Shown here in pieces: positions 13,159 to 27,227 of a stretch of DNA of 64,000 nt. Position 1 is the stretch's first letter. Each line of letters starts with the position of its first letter. Made by a program: the position numbers and the translations under genes. The stretch spans positions 44,950,001-45,014,000 of the forward strand of contig NC_043002.1 of NCBI RefSeq assembly GCF_006345805.1. The letters run 5' to 3'. The stretch is from Octopus sinensis. Taxonomy: Eukaryota. Under the pieces are notes generated by a model that saw only the letters and a program-made list of their open reading frames with translations, was not told where the DNA came from and did not search any database.

Positions 13159-13369
13159 GGCAGCGAGCTGATTGAGATTGCTAGCACGCTGGACAAAATG
13201 CTTAGCGGCATTTCGTCCGTTTTTACGCTCTGAGTTCAATTTCCGCCGAGATCAACTTTGCCTTTCATCCTTTCGAGGGCGATAAAGTAAATACCAGTTG
13301 AACACTGGGGTCGATGTAATCGGCTATGCCCCTTCCCTAAACTTGCTGGCTTTGTGCCAAAACATGAAA
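13159..13369 (+). mobile_element. tRNA-derived SINE with conserved central domain (Deu/Nin- or Meta-like), family B
   Basis: GAGTTCAATTTCC B box then CAACTTTGCCTTTCATCCTTTCGAGGGCGATAAAGTAAATACCAG; second copy 38655-38800 minus. Confidence 0.75.
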
Positions 13370-14366
13370 GCTATATATTTTATAATTGATAAACCATCAG
13401 GGAATGCAGATTAAAGGATGGATTATTTTTAATACAGATTCCTGTCTACCAAAATAAGATATATGTATAGCTAGCAAACAATGTGTTAATAGACACAAAT
13501 TATTAATCAATTTATGCTCACACCATAGAATAAACACTTTCAAAGCTGCGTATAAATATACTCATCCTCAGATGAGTATATTTACATAAGTGATTAATAG
13601 TTAGTCTGCAAAGTATTGCAAGTATTGAGGCATTGGAGTTAGGATGATAAACGTAACTTAATGAAATAAATCTAGTAACCACAAATATATTTTATCACTA
13701 ATTGATTATATCTAACATATACCTAAAAAAACACTTTTGCTATTAAATACACAACAGAAAACTGTAAAAAAAAATAGTATAAATTATTAAACTTCACCCA
13801 TGAGATCATTTATAATTATATGTAAACGATAAGAACTTATAAAGGAAACAAAAAATATTTTCATGGTACAATAAAAAAATATAGTGATAATATTGAATTC
13901 AAAGTTTGGCACATGGTCAGGGGTAAGTCAATTATATCGATCCCATTGTGTGTGTGTATGTATGTATGTATGTATGTATGTACGTATGTATGTATGTATG
14001 AGTATATTAAGAAAATTATACAGGGCAGGAAAATTATAGAAATTTTTCTACTAGTGGCCTAGCATTTATAAAATAATCAATAGACAACATATTTCTCATA
14101 TAAAATTAGTGTACATTTAAACACAAAAGAAGTGACCATAACAGGACGCCTTACTTGCTAGAAGGAACGGTCAAAGTCCAAACCACGGTTAAGAGCAATA
14201 TGCGCACCTATCATCACATACACACATACAAACATATATATGTGTGTACATGTGTGTGTACGTGTGTGTGTGAGAGAGAGACAGAGAGAGAGAGAGAGTT
14301 ATAATATGCGATTTTGAAATTTAAAAGTTAAATTTTGCATTTATATCATATATGACGATACTTATG

Positions 14367-14507
14367 GGCACATGTTTGGCTGTGTGGTAAGAAGTTTGCT
14401 AGCCAAATACATGGTTCTGGGTTCATTCCCACTGCATGGTATCTTCTACTACAGCCTCGGACCTTGTGAGTGGATTTGATAGACAGAAAATGAAAGACGC
14501 CCGTCAT
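14367..14507 (+). mobile_element. Family A SINE 5-prime half
   Basis: GGCTGTGTGGTAAGAAGTTTGC...GGTTCATTCCC...CCTTGTGAGTGGATTTG. Confidence 0.75.
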
Positions 14508-14687
14508 ATATATATATAATATAATGGCTTGCTACCAACTTAATGTGACAGTCCCAGGAATGAGAAGAATGTTACTGTTATTTAGTCCCAAGAGACACCA
14601 TTTCTAGTTGGCTAGGTAACACAAGCGTTTTGTGTCCTTATGTTTTCAAACAGGGTATATAAACACCTCCACCCAACAAAGCCAGTA

Positions 14688-14730
14688 TCTAGAGACTAGT
14701 TTCAGGGTAATTGCTCTTCATCAGTCTGGA
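14688..14730 (-). ncRNA. Minimal type I hammerhead ribozyme motif
   Basis: Minus TCCAGA-CTGATGA-AGAGCAATTACCCT-GAAAC-TAGTC-TCTAGA; palindromic stem III ACTAGT, GUC site, stem I 5/6 paired. Confidence 0.65.
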
Positions 14731-15138
14731 GTAAGTCGGCCTTGCTAGATGTCACTGCTAAACCGCTGTTGAAAACTTAAAGAATTTCAAGTGACATACA
14801 TTCACTCATCTACAAAAATAGAAATATTACATTTCCCAAATAACTCAGAGAGAGTTATGTAGTAACACCAGGATAAAGTAATCGCTTGTTGCTAACTTAA
14901 TGTGAGACAATCAATTTCTGAGAGTTACTTCGCAAAGAGTTAGCTCCCTTCACCAAGTAACACAGGAATGGGTATTTTCTACCATAAGGGGGCCCCTTAT
15001 TCATTATGTGAAACATTTTAAGGGTCTAAAACCATTCCTGGAACATAAGTAGTGTATGCTCACAGTTCGACTCACGGAAGTTACCACTGATAGTAATAGA
15101 AATAAAAATATCTATATAAATATTCGCTTAAATAGTTA

Positions 15139-15194
<56 letters not shown>

Positions 15195-15196
<2 letters not shown>

Positions 15197-15529
15197 GACC
15201 CACTTCGGTCATGAATGACCTTGGGATTGCACCTAGAAAGTTACCCTCCCAGGTACAAGTCCGGGCAAGGTTGTTTATGGAAGGCCAGCAGTCGCCCATG
15301 CATACCAGCCTCCCCTCTCCACACCACTGATGTTCTCCAAGTGAAAAAAGGAAAGGCTGATACAGCTTGGCACCAGTAATATCGCAACTCATTTCTACAG
15401 CTGAGTTATCTGGAGCAACGTGAAATAAAGTGTCTTGCTCAAGAATACAACACGCAGCCTGGTCGGGGAATCGAACTCACAACCTCACGATCGTAAGCTC
15501 GACGTTCTAATCACTGAGCTATGGGCCTT
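15195..15529 (-). mobile_element. tRNA-derived SINE, family C
   Basis: Head GAAGGCCCATAGCTCAGTGATTAGAAC, B box GAGTTCGATTCC, CTTGAGCAAGACACTT core; homolog at 18000-18285. Confidence 0.8.
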
Positions 15530-15548
15530 CACACACACCCACACACAA

Positions 15549-15589
<41 letters not shown>

Positions 15590-15597
<8 letters not shown>

Positions 15598-15775
15598 TGA
15601 GAATGTGTGTCTGTCTGTCTGTCTGTCTATTTCCCTAAGACTTGATAACTACGCAACCAATCTCATTCAAATTTCACACACGCCTTACTTAGGGTCCATG
15701 TAGTATCATGGGCAAAAATATGTTTAACTTCTTGCCTACAGCGAGCCCACAACAGTATCATATCTTCTCCACTAT
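15590..15775 (+). mobile_element. Possible non-autonomous Helitron-like 5-prime fragment
   Basis: TATAAAACTGAGAATG followed by (GTCT)n, inserted in (TA)n; no CTAG 3-prime end seen. Confidence 0.35.
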
Positions 15776-15836
15776 TTCAGTATTACGTGTTAAAAGTGAA
15801 ACAAAAACATCTCTCTATTGTATGTATATGGATGTA

Positions 15837-15931
<95 letters not shown>

Positions 15932-16659
15932 AAATATAAAGTTATATCTTGAGATCGTTAGTGACAACAACGCTCAAAATATATAACAGACTGGAATAGT
16001 AGTGCTCAAATGAGCTATATACACTTTTTAATCCGAGGGGGGGCAATGAGAGCAGCAACTACAAGAGCACTACAAAATTCACAGAAAGATCAAACACATA
16101 CATATATTCATATATATCTACAGAGCAGACATAAAGCCCGACGATTAGAAATATATAGTAATATATAAATATATAAACATCATATAAAATATATATTGTA
16201 CGCATATGATCCACTCGACGTTCCATAAGAAATTTAGAAATAAAAATTTCAATAAAAGTTAGAGGTAATAATAACAATTGAATTAAATATAGTAAATATA
16301 GTAAGTAGTAATTAAATATATTTTATTTTATTAAAATGGTAATTAAATCGTTATATTACAATTAAAAGATAAAATAGCAATTAGTATAAAATGTATCAAT
16401 GACTTGAACTCGAATATGTGGCTTTGCATGAATGGGAGAAATTAAAAGATGAAAAATTTAATTGAGTGTAGAAGTGAATTAGTCCAGATGGAGATGTGCT
16501 CATAACATTTACTATAGCTGCTAGATTGAATTATATGCTTATAAAGTAGCATTCGGAATCTAGGAGAATTTTTGGGAGTACGTAATGTCTGGTCTTTCGC
16601 ATGTAGCAGATATGTAATTGTGCATTTGTTTCCGTGTACTATGTGTTGTGTGTAAAAAA

Positions 16660-16738
16660 CATCCTGACGAGGGGAGTGTCAATTTTAAATATATACGTTT
16701 CATATTAATTTATGCATCTCCGAAACGGCCCGTAGATG
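16660..16738 (+). ncRNA. Hammerhead ribozyme motif with extended stem II
   Basis: CATC-CTGACGA-GGGGAGTG...GCATCTCC-GAAAC-GGCCCGTA-GATG; stem I CATC/GATG, stem III ACG/CGT, GUA site. Confidence 0.75.
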
Positions 16739-17999
16739 AACTTTTATGTATTTTTGTAAATTTGTATATTTATCTTCTATGTATTTTTCTCTGGAATTTT
16801 AATTCGTATTTTTAATATGTCATTGTATGTTTTATTACCCCAAATTTTTAATTTAACAACTTTATACCAAAGTAGCACTATGACCCGGCAACGCCGGGTC
16901 ATAATGCTAGTATATATATATATATATATATGGCATATGTATAGAGATGTGTATATAAATTTTATGCTCAAAACACAGCGGAAGTTACTGATGGTCTACG
17001 AGTTTTGTGTAAATCGTGAAGAAAATATATATGTATATACATTGAAAATGCTGAACAATTTTAGGATTTGTCTAAAATATGGCAAATCTTTAACAATTCG
17101 TATTTCAGTTTATCTCATTAAAATTCTACTATTTTTACATTTTTAATATAATTTTCGTTCTAGGTTTATAGCCCACTGTCAAAAGCTTACTTGATTCATT
17201 CACTAAAGTATTCCAGTAATTCCAAGAGGAATCATTCAAAGTAAAATAAAACTATGCGCAAAAATTTAAAATCATTATTTTAATCTTGAATTGTAGCTGA
17301 GATAAAGTAAAGTGCTAATAGTTAATATATTTTAATTGTGAAATGGTGAGGCTGCAATTGTACGTTGAATCCGTTTCACTTCACTTAAATAATCCCCTTG
17401 GGAAAAATCTGAACGTCACGTGAATATCATTCGCACCATTTTCAAACATTTAGAAAAATTTGCTTCGTCAAATAGACACTGATGTGTTTTATTGTAATTG
17501 CAATCTGTGTTTCATTATCGATTTTCGATTAAAATTGCTTCGTTTACCGTGCTAATTCTCCTGGTAATCATCTCAACGTCACCGTTTCTTTTATACTACA
17601 TCCGTTATCGTATTGTTTCCATTTCCATTAAATAAATCATTATAGCCTTTCCTTAGTATTTTTTTTGTTCTGTCTACTTCTTAGGATTTGTTCACAAAGA
17701 TTGATACACCTGATGAATGTATTTCATAATTAAATAGAGTTGTCGGTGAATTAATCATGATGCTATAAATTGATACAGTATACAATATACACAGATAAAT
17801 GTCAACAAATAAAGAATTCAGGGACAATTATGTAGAGAAAAAGAAAACCACACAACTTTTTTTAATATCTTTTACAACTTTATGGTTAACTTATGAGTCT
17901 CATATTCTAACATATTTTGCTGATTGCAAGACACATTATTCCAGTGCAAAAAGTTTCGTTACAATCAACAAATATTGGGTTACCGAGAAATTGATTCTC

Positions 18000-18285
18000 C
18001 TTGTGTGTTGTGTTCTTGAGCAAGATACTTTATTTCACATTGCTCCAGTCCACTCAACTGTAGAGATGAGTTGCGACCTCACTGGTGCCAAGCTATATTG
18101 GCTTTGCATTTCCCTTGGATGACATTGGTGGCGTGAAGAGGGGGGGCTGGTATGTATGGGCGACCGCTGGTCTTCCATACATTGCCCTTCCATACCTTGC
18201 CATGACTTCTGCCTCGGAAGATAACTTTCTAGGTGTAATCTCATGGTCATTCATGACTAAAGGGTGTCTTTACCCTTACCCTTAT
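18000..18285 (+). mobile_element. Family C SINE, head-truncated
   Basis: Homologous to 15195-15529; ends in TTTACCCTTACCCTTA. Confidence 0.75.
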
Positions 18286-19268
18286 AGCATAAATTAAACT
18301 AATCGTTACATTGCACAGTAGCTGACATAGATCTTCCTTCAATTAAAATTACACACATATACTCTAAGCTTAGAAACTCAACACACAAATATACAATTAC
18401 ACCCAAATATACAAATTACACTCGTTAGCGAGTCCATAAATAAACAAACGCGCTCAGTTTCTTTGGTATAATTTTAACAATTACCAGAGTATGAATATAG
18501 TATAGGTTATTAGCAAGAAATACACGCAAACAGACCTTTATCCCAAGATTAGGAAGCAACAATTTGGGCCTAGTATTTATGTTATCAATAAGTTTTTGTT
18601 GAGTCCATATCCAGTTTAACTTTTCTACGTTCATTCCAGTTAGATGCAGTAGTTGGGTGCCCATATTGATCACATGTTCTCACGAAAGGAAATAGTTATC
18701 AATGTGAATTCTTAAATTTTGCTATAAAGAAATTTAACTTCAACATGACGCACAATTTGTAGGTCGATGAGGGTTTGTTGGTTTGAACTACTTGGTTTAA
18801 GATCTCTTTCGAGTATAACTCAGTCAGCGAGGGCTTTTACCAAGCTTATTTTTCTTCACTAAACAACATTAAAACAAGTGTCTCTACCTAGTGAAAATAA
18901 CAGCAAAATGTCGTTTAAATTACATCCTACCTTGATATAAAATGAAGGATATATAGAATACCTACCTTTCATAACACTTTTTTCCTGATCACATATTCCC
19001 TAAAGGCCATTCTGTTATGGAACGTACCAATGCAAACTACAATATGAACATACATTTTTACTAAATCACTGGGTTTGCTTGAAACATAAGCTTCTATTCT
19101 AAGTGACTGCATGTTATATCAACACTTAGTCGCATATAGAATATGTATCTACGTCCAACAAAAGCTTATTCTTCTTCAAAAACACATTGAGTACTATGTT
19201 AACATAGAAAATTGTGTAGTCAGGTCAGGGATCTCTTCTCAGACTGATGAGGCCTGATTCTTGTACCA

Positions 19269-20064
19269 TGTAAACCAGTACTACCTGTTCCTTGGTTGGA
19301 TGGTTGATGAATAGATTGGCTCCACTACTTTAGGAGATTGCTACTCTTGTAAAGAGAGTATCTGGACGCCCGACAGGACTAAAAACAAGACCTCTTGAAG
19401 GACGGATGAGATATGTGTGGACCAACAGTCATCCTGTTTGGGAGAGCAATGTTTACCAACCTTACCTAGAAAACACTCTGAGAAAATCAGAATGACGTAA
19501 TACTATGGCGTCTTCCGATGGGATTTCTCGTGCTTCATCCAGTGGGAGAACTCTCGTTTAATCGAGAAGAATTTCGTTGTCGTGTCATCAACGCGTTTCA
19601 AAGCGTACGATGCATGGCGTGCATGTAGGATCTCACTTAGCCCTGCCTAACTGAGATTCGAACCAGAATCTACACACTTGTTGCTTGTCAGACGACTGTC
19701 TGATTCCATTGTGTTTTATCATGCTGGAACATAAACAAAAATCATCTGATCTCCTAAGACCTTTGCTGGTCACTGAAGAGTCAGTCCATTATTTTAGGTT
19801 TTACCTACTTCCTGACCATACCCTATATAACTGAGAGTATCTTTCTCTCGCTCTCTTCGGTTCAACCGGCTAGCAGAGAGCACACACCTCTTTTCGGGTC
19901 TGCCATTAACCAGGAGCAAATAGCATCGACTGAATGGAAAGTGTTGTCCTTACCCTTTCATCTTCTTTGTCAGCAGAACGCACAGCTTCACACTACCAAA
20001 TACCAGCGAGTCACACACACCTTATTACTATTGTCAATTACTGCTAAGTATATTCCGCTAACCA
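19269..20064 (+). mobile_element. Candidate solo LTR
   Basis: Starts TGT, ends CA, GC-richer than flanks, internal TATATAA near 19825; flanks GTACCA/GTGCCG may be a decayed TSD. Confidence 0.35.
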
Positions 20065-20640
20065 GTGCCGGCAAATAAATTTGTGAATATTATACCTTTC
20101 CTCTTCGATGTTGTTATTACGCTGTTTTATCCTGTTATCGACCGTGTACATATGGTGGTCCTTCGCATCTTACCACTACGTTTAGTAGCCCCGGTGAACA
20201 CACACATCTGTCTGTTACATGCATACGGGTGTTTGTGCAAGTGTGTTTCGTGCCTGTATGTGTGACTGCGGACGACTGGGCGAATTTGCGTGTGTGCCAA
20301 TGCACATAACAAAAACCGAGTTAACAAAATCGAGACAAAACTCATAAAATATGCCTTTTTCTCTTTTCTCTATTTAACCTATTTTAGCATTTGTGACCAA
20401 CAAGGACGAGGACTACAGGTTTATAGGTTTAGAGAAGGTCAATCATTCGTTCAGTGCATTTATGCTTAGATTGTCTTTATTTCGGGAGAAATGGGCATCA
20501 CAAGATTTTTCTTCCAAACGGATCGGATTATCGATTTTCTCAATCGATATTTACATCTTTTGCATATATACAGTCAGCAAAATTATCTATCGGTTTGTCA
20601 GTCTATTTCTCTCTACCTCTCTATTTATCTATACATACAT

Positions 20641-20824
<184 letters not shown>

Positions 20825-20856
20825 CTATATATAGGCGAAAGATGTAAATATATATA

Positions 20857-21643
20857 CAGGGTTCGGTGAATAAACTGTCGTCTAAATTATGTAAAAATAA
20901 AAATAACACAGACATTTTAACAGATATATGTTTACCAAAGTTACATAAAAAATATCTTGAAATACAAAAGAATTAATTCAATAAAATCGCCATTAGCTTC
21001 ATCGACGGCCTCCAAACGACTTCGGAATTTCCTACAAAATCTTCTGGGCGGTCTCTTTGTTTAAGATGCTGAATGCTGTCAGAATCCTTGCATTCAGTTC
21101 ATCTTTAGTGTTACAACGAGTTTTGTCGGTCTCTCGCTGAACTCATAATAATCAAGGGAAGTTAGGTGGACAGATGTTAGGAGCAGTGTGATCGCAGAAA
21201 ATATCTGACAGCCATGACTAGGTTCTCCTGTTTATGTGGCATGATGCAGAGTCCTAACGCCAGATATAGTGTCTTCCAGCAGCCACAATGTTGACTGTAT
21301 GGGACACTGTATGAAGGCATAACGTCGCTATCACTATTGATCACTCCAAATGCTATGATGTTGACTGAATGTTTGATTTTTATCACTCTAGGTACATATC
21401 TTTAGATTCCACTGTCCTCAGATTGACACCCAAACACTCTGAAATGTTCGTACTAGAACTTCCGGCCCGAATGCTAAGCAGCACAGCATGTCATTTCCAA
21501 ATTCAGGTAGAGTGAATTGTGTCATGCTGCTGTTTTTCTCACAGACGGTGCCCTAATGCGTAGTCGACAAAATCAAAAACAACAATGCGCATGCGCGAAG
21601 TTAAGAATATATGAAACGGCAACAACTTACCCATCGCATTCTG
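20857..21643 (-). mobile_element. Internally deleted Tc1/mariner-superfamily (mariner/maT-like) transposon
   Basis: Degenerate TIRs CAGGGTTCGGTGAATAA / CAGAATGCGATGGGTAA flanked by TA; minus frames KHSVNIIAFGVINSDSDVMP and RETDKTRCNTKDELNARI. Confidence 0.8.
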
Positions 21644-21763
21644 TATGTATATATATATATAGATATATAGATATATATATAGATATATAGATATATATAG
21701 ATATATATATATATATATTATATATATATATATATATTATATATATATATATACATATCGCAC

Positions 21764-21802
<39 letters not shown>

Positions 21803-22506
21803 AGAGCGAGAGAAGGAGATAGATAGATAGATAGATATGCATGCATGTATGTGTGTATGTATATATGTATGTATGTATGTATGTATGCATGTAATATATG
21901 TATGTATAGGTATATATTTAAGTCACAATATACGGAGCAAACGGTTCCTGTTTATGTGGCATGGTACTCAGAAAGGTTCCTTAATGTATCATTCTACAAA
22001 ACACATAGAATATATTGTACGATACAAAGGAAAGGCATAAGGGATGTATAAAAGTATAAATAACGGGAGAAATATACAATGATAAAATTTATTTTACCAT
22101 TCGAGTAAATTTTATTATAGTAGAGCGAGCATACAGATGTAAGCATTGGCAAAAACATACATTTAGTGCATATAAGTAGTCTCTATCATTATATATAATT
22201 TAAACTTTAATTTCCTTTATATTTAACATTCACTATTAATATCCTTACTCTTTCTGTTAGCTACTTATGACCTTATATCATATAACGTTTTTTTAAACAA
22301 TATTAATAGCGTTCTGTCTATCGCTATACAAATCCATCATTTTTTGCTAAGATGTCTTATTGGCGAGTTTCGTTTTTTTTCACTTTCCTGAGGAGAAGAT
22401 TGCATTATTTATACCATTCATTCTTTTGAATAGTATCAGTGGAATTTTCGAAACATGTGTCGAAAGTAAAAATATTTGATTACACCTGCGTTAACTCCAT
22501 TTTTTA

Positions 22507-22553
<47 letters not shown>

Positions 22554-22599
22554 AATACGATGAATATAAATAGAGTTTGCCTTAGAAGCGTTCAGATGT

Positions 22600-22790
22600 C
22601 TTAGAAACTTAAAGAAGTAATTTTTTATTATCAAACGCAGGATAATGCTAATAATACAGCATGGACAGGATAGAGTACCCCTATATTGCAGAAAAAGTGT
22701 TGGTGACCAACCATGTAACTCGAACTCACATCTGTGAGTACTCTACCTTTAAGCTAAGCAGTTCCCACTTCTGCAAACTCACTGTAATTT
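22600..22790 (-). mobile_element. Degenerate tRNA-derived SINE (duplicated near 26800-26960)
   Basis: Minus TAGCTTAAAGGTAGAG (A-box-like) and GAGTTCGAGTT (B-box-like). Confidence 0.4.
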
Positions 22791-22986
22791 ATCCTGCTCT
22801 TGCTAATTATTAGCATTATATTGCGTTTGAGAATTTAAATAATTACTTCTTTAACTTTCTAATACATATATGTAATATATACTGTGCCATATAAATATAT
22901 ATCTATATATATATATATTATATATGTGTGTGTATATATGAATATGTATGTATATATATATATTGTATATGTATTATATATATATA

Positions 22987-23054
<68 letters not shown>

Positions 23055-23751
23055 TATTACCTGTAAATATTTGCATACACGCATACATGTTATTTACTAT
23101 ATGTTCATATTTCAATACTCATTTTAGGATAATATAATTTTCTTATTATCAAAATCATTTATTTTATTGAACAAAAGAAAGATTATATTTCAATTCTTTA
23201 CCGTTTAATATTCGAAACAAATATTGTTAACTCACATTAAAGCAAACAATAACAAAAATCTGACCAAAATATAAGAAGCTTACAAAAGACGGGATGTCTT
23301 CATTATATAGAGAATATCATAAAGAAGAATGGAGAATTATGCATCTCCAAAAACTCGTTTATTACATTTAAATTCACATTAAATTCGCGTTAAATCTCAA
23401 TCCCACATGTGTGTTGCTGCATAATTCTCCTAATGCTTTTTCATGCCGCCTTTATGTGCTTTTAGTTGGTTCATTTGTAATATATATTCGCCCAGAGAAG
23501 ACATTTCTACGCATCTTTGCTAAAGGTTTTATCCAAGTAGATGAGTGACCCGAACTGAGAAATTCAGCTTTAGAGAGTTCTTATTTTTGAGTATTTTCGA
23601 GGTGAGTGAATCATAAAGTCTTAGTATAAATTATAATAAAGATTACTTTGAAAAACTATTGTTTTCTTATCATTTAAAATTAGAATTGCCTTTTAGAGTG
23701 TAAGGGAATAGATTATTATTTTTTACATACACTATGTTTCCTTTTATTATA

Positions 23752-25194
23752 CAAGTCAATCATACCCCAATACAATCAAAACCCCTTGTCCTATTTTCTT
23801 GAAATTTTTACCGGATATGTAGGATTATGTATGCCATTCTTCATGTACTTATCGTGAAAATCGGTGTATATTTAAAACAGACATGAAGAAAAACACGTTT
23901 ATAGGGTGTTTCATTTTATTAGGCAAGTTAACAAATATTATGTAATGCGATTTACATATAGAACAATACATAACCAGACAATTAATATATATGTATATCT
24001 TCCAGCAAATTATGTAATATCTTTTACATCTTTATATAGCATCCTTTACCATTTATAACTTTAAATATTCTTTCATCAATTGATTTTGTCAATTTCTCAA
24101 CAATCTCACTTTTAATATTACTTGCAGCAGTCTTTATTGCTTCCCATAGTAAATCCATGTTTGGATATTGTTAACCATTGGAATATTTATGTTTTTTAAT
24201 AATTGACCACAAATTCTCTATTGAGTTTAGATCTGGAGATTGGGGGTGCCATTCCATTATCTTATGTTTTTGAAACTTTTCTTAACTAAATGGTTAATAA
24301 TGAGCTTGAGAGAGTGTGAAGGGACATTATCGTGCATAAATATGATCTTTAACATGATGCTTTGCGATGTTGACTTGTACCAATGGAAAAAGTTATCATC
24401 TAGAAACTTGTAATTATTATCAGCATTTATGTTGAATCCATCAGCAACCTTAAATGGACTTATTATGTCTCCACTAACTATACCAGCTCAAAACCTGATT
24501 CCTCCACCTACTTGTTGTCTTCTCAATCGTGTTGGTTGTCAGTAAAAATTACATTTGTAAAGCCTGTCTTCATATATATATTTTTGCTCACGTCACTCAT
24601 TTATCTTTGTGCACTTTATTCAAAGGCGGCAATTTTGCGAGATGTATGACTTTGCCAATTTCTTTTAGTATGGTGCAACGTTTTTTTCTTTTGTATGTTA
24701 GATATTCCTGCTTCTTCAAAGATTTGTTTGCTGGTTAACCCACTTTTCTTGCACATAATTCTTTTGAGCTTTCTCTTATCTCTATTTGTGATGTTCTTGA
24801 AACCCATTTTCTTCCTTATTCTTACTCTCTCAATGCTTTGCACATGCTTTTTTTATTGTTATGTGATCTCTAGTTAGCTTTTTAGAAATTACAATTACAA
24901 TTGTTGAATCCCCCTCTCCCAGTGGTTTCACTATTTCTTTCTCCTCCTTCGATGTTATATCTTTACTTCGATCTATTTCTACATCTCCTGTACCTGGAAT
25001 TAAGAAAAAAACATTTCAAAATCACATACCACATGGGGGAAAGCAGTATCTTGTTAACTTGCATAATAAAAAGAAACACCCTATAAACGTGTTTCTCTTT
25101 ATTTCCTCTTTAAATATATACCGATTTAGACGAAAAGTACACGAGACGTGGAATACATAATCCTACATATCCCGTAACAAATTCAAGAAAATCG
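23752..25194 (-). mobile_element. Tc1-like transposon, copy 1 (right TIR cut by the duplication junction)
   Basis: Minus frames FMHDNVPSH, QSPDLNSIENLWSIIK, RDKRKLKR; frameshifted. Confidence 0.85.
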
Positions 25195-25850
25195 CCATTA
25201 GCTTCATCGACGGCCTCCAAACGACTTCGGAATTTCCTACAAAATCTTCTGGGCGGTCTCTTTGTTTAAGATGCTGAATGCTGTCAGAATCCTTGCATTC
25301 AGTTCATCTTTAGTGTTACAACGAATTTTGTCGGTCTCTCGCTGAACTCATAATAATCAAGGGAAGTTAGGTGGACAGATGTTAGGAGCAGTGTGATCGC
25401 AGAAAATATCTGACAGCCATGACTAGGTTCTCCTGTTTATGTGGCATGATGCAGAGTCCTAACGCCAGATATAGTGTCTTCCAGCAGCCACAATGTTGAC
25501 TGTATGGGACACTGTATGAAGGCATAACGTCGCTATCACTATTGATCACTCCAAATGCTATGATGTTGACTGAATGTTTGATTTTTATCACTCTAGGTAC
25601 ATATCTTTAGATTCCACTGTCCTCAGATTGACACCCAAACACTCTGAAATGTTCGTACTAGAACTTCCGGCCCGAATGCTAAGCAGCACAGCATGTCATT
25701 TCCAAATTTCAGGTAGAGTGAATTGTGTCATGCTGCTGTTTTTCTCACAGACGGTGCCCTAATGCGTAGTCGACAAAATCAAAAACAAACAATGCGCATG
25801 CGCGAAGTTAAGAATATATGAAACGGCAACAACTTACCCATCGCATTCTG
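25188..25850 (-). mobile_element. Duplicated partial copy of the 20857-21643 transposon
   Basis: Near-identical to 20983-21643; lacks the left TIR. Confidence 0.85.
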
Positions 25851-25905
25851 TATGTATATATATAGATATATATAGATATATAGATAGATAGATAGATAGA
25901 TATAT

Positions 25906-25961
<56 letters not shown>

Positions 25962-26705
25962 CATATCGCACTCTGTATATATAATATATATATATATACA
26001 TATATAAAGAGAGCGAGAGAAGGAGATAGATAGATAGATAGATATGCATGCATGTATGTGTGTATGTATATATGTATGTATGTATGTATGCATGTAATAT
26101 ATGTATGTATAGGTATATATTTAAGTCACAATATACGGAGCAAACGGATCCTGTTTATGTGGCATGGTACTCAGAAAGGTTCCTTAATGTATCATTCTAC
26201 AAAACACATAGAATATATTGTACGATACAAAGGAAGGCATAAGGGATGTATAAAAGTATAAATAACGGGAGAAATATACAATGATAAAATTTATTTTACC
26301 ATTCGAGTAAATTTTATTATAGTAGAGCGAGCATACAGATGTAAGCATTGGCAAAAACATACATTTAGTGCATATAAGTAGTCTCTATCATTATATATAA
26401 TTTAAACTTTAATTTCCTTATATTTAACATTCACTATTAATATCCTTACTCTTTCTGTTAGCTACTTATGACCTTATATCATATAACGTTTTTTTAAACA
26501 ATATTAATAGCGTTCTGTCTATCGCTATACAAATCCATCATTTTTTGCTAAGATGTCTTATTGGCGAGTTTCGTTTTTTTCACTTTCCTGAGGAGAAGAT
26601 TGCATTGTTTATACCATTCATTTTTTGAATAGTATCAGTGGAATTTTCGAAACATGTGTCGAAAGTAAAAATATTTGATTACACCTGCGTTAACTCCATT
26701 TTTTA

Positions 26706-26741
<36 letters not shown>

Positions 26742-27165
26742 AATTACGATGAATATAAATAGAGTTTGCCTTAGAAGCGTTCAGATGTCTTAGAAACTTA
26801 AAGAAGTAATTTTTTATTATCAAACGCAGGATAATGCTAATAATACAGCATGGACAGGATAGAGTACCCCTATATTGCAGAAAAAAGTGTTGGTGACCAA
26901 CCATGTAACTCGAACTCACATCCTGTGAGTACTCTACCTTTAAGCTAAGCAGTTCCCACTTCTGCAAACTCACTGTAATTTATCCTGCTCTTGCTATATT
27001 ATTAGCATTATATTGCGTTTGAGAATTTAAATAATTACTTCTTTAACTTTCTAATACATATATGTAATATATACTTGTGCATATATAAATATATATCTAT
27101 ATATATATATATATATATGTGTGTGTATATATGAATATGTATGTATATATATATATATGTATATG

Positions 27166-27227
<62 letters not shown>

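Noticed and set aside
17709-17760. CCTGATGA core
   Set aside because: No stem II or GAAA partner downstream.
18268-18285. TTACCC repeats resembling telomeric DNA
   Set aside because: Only 2-3 units, forming the tail of a SINE.
19252-19290. CTGATGAGGCC core
   Set aside because: No matching GAAAC or stems.
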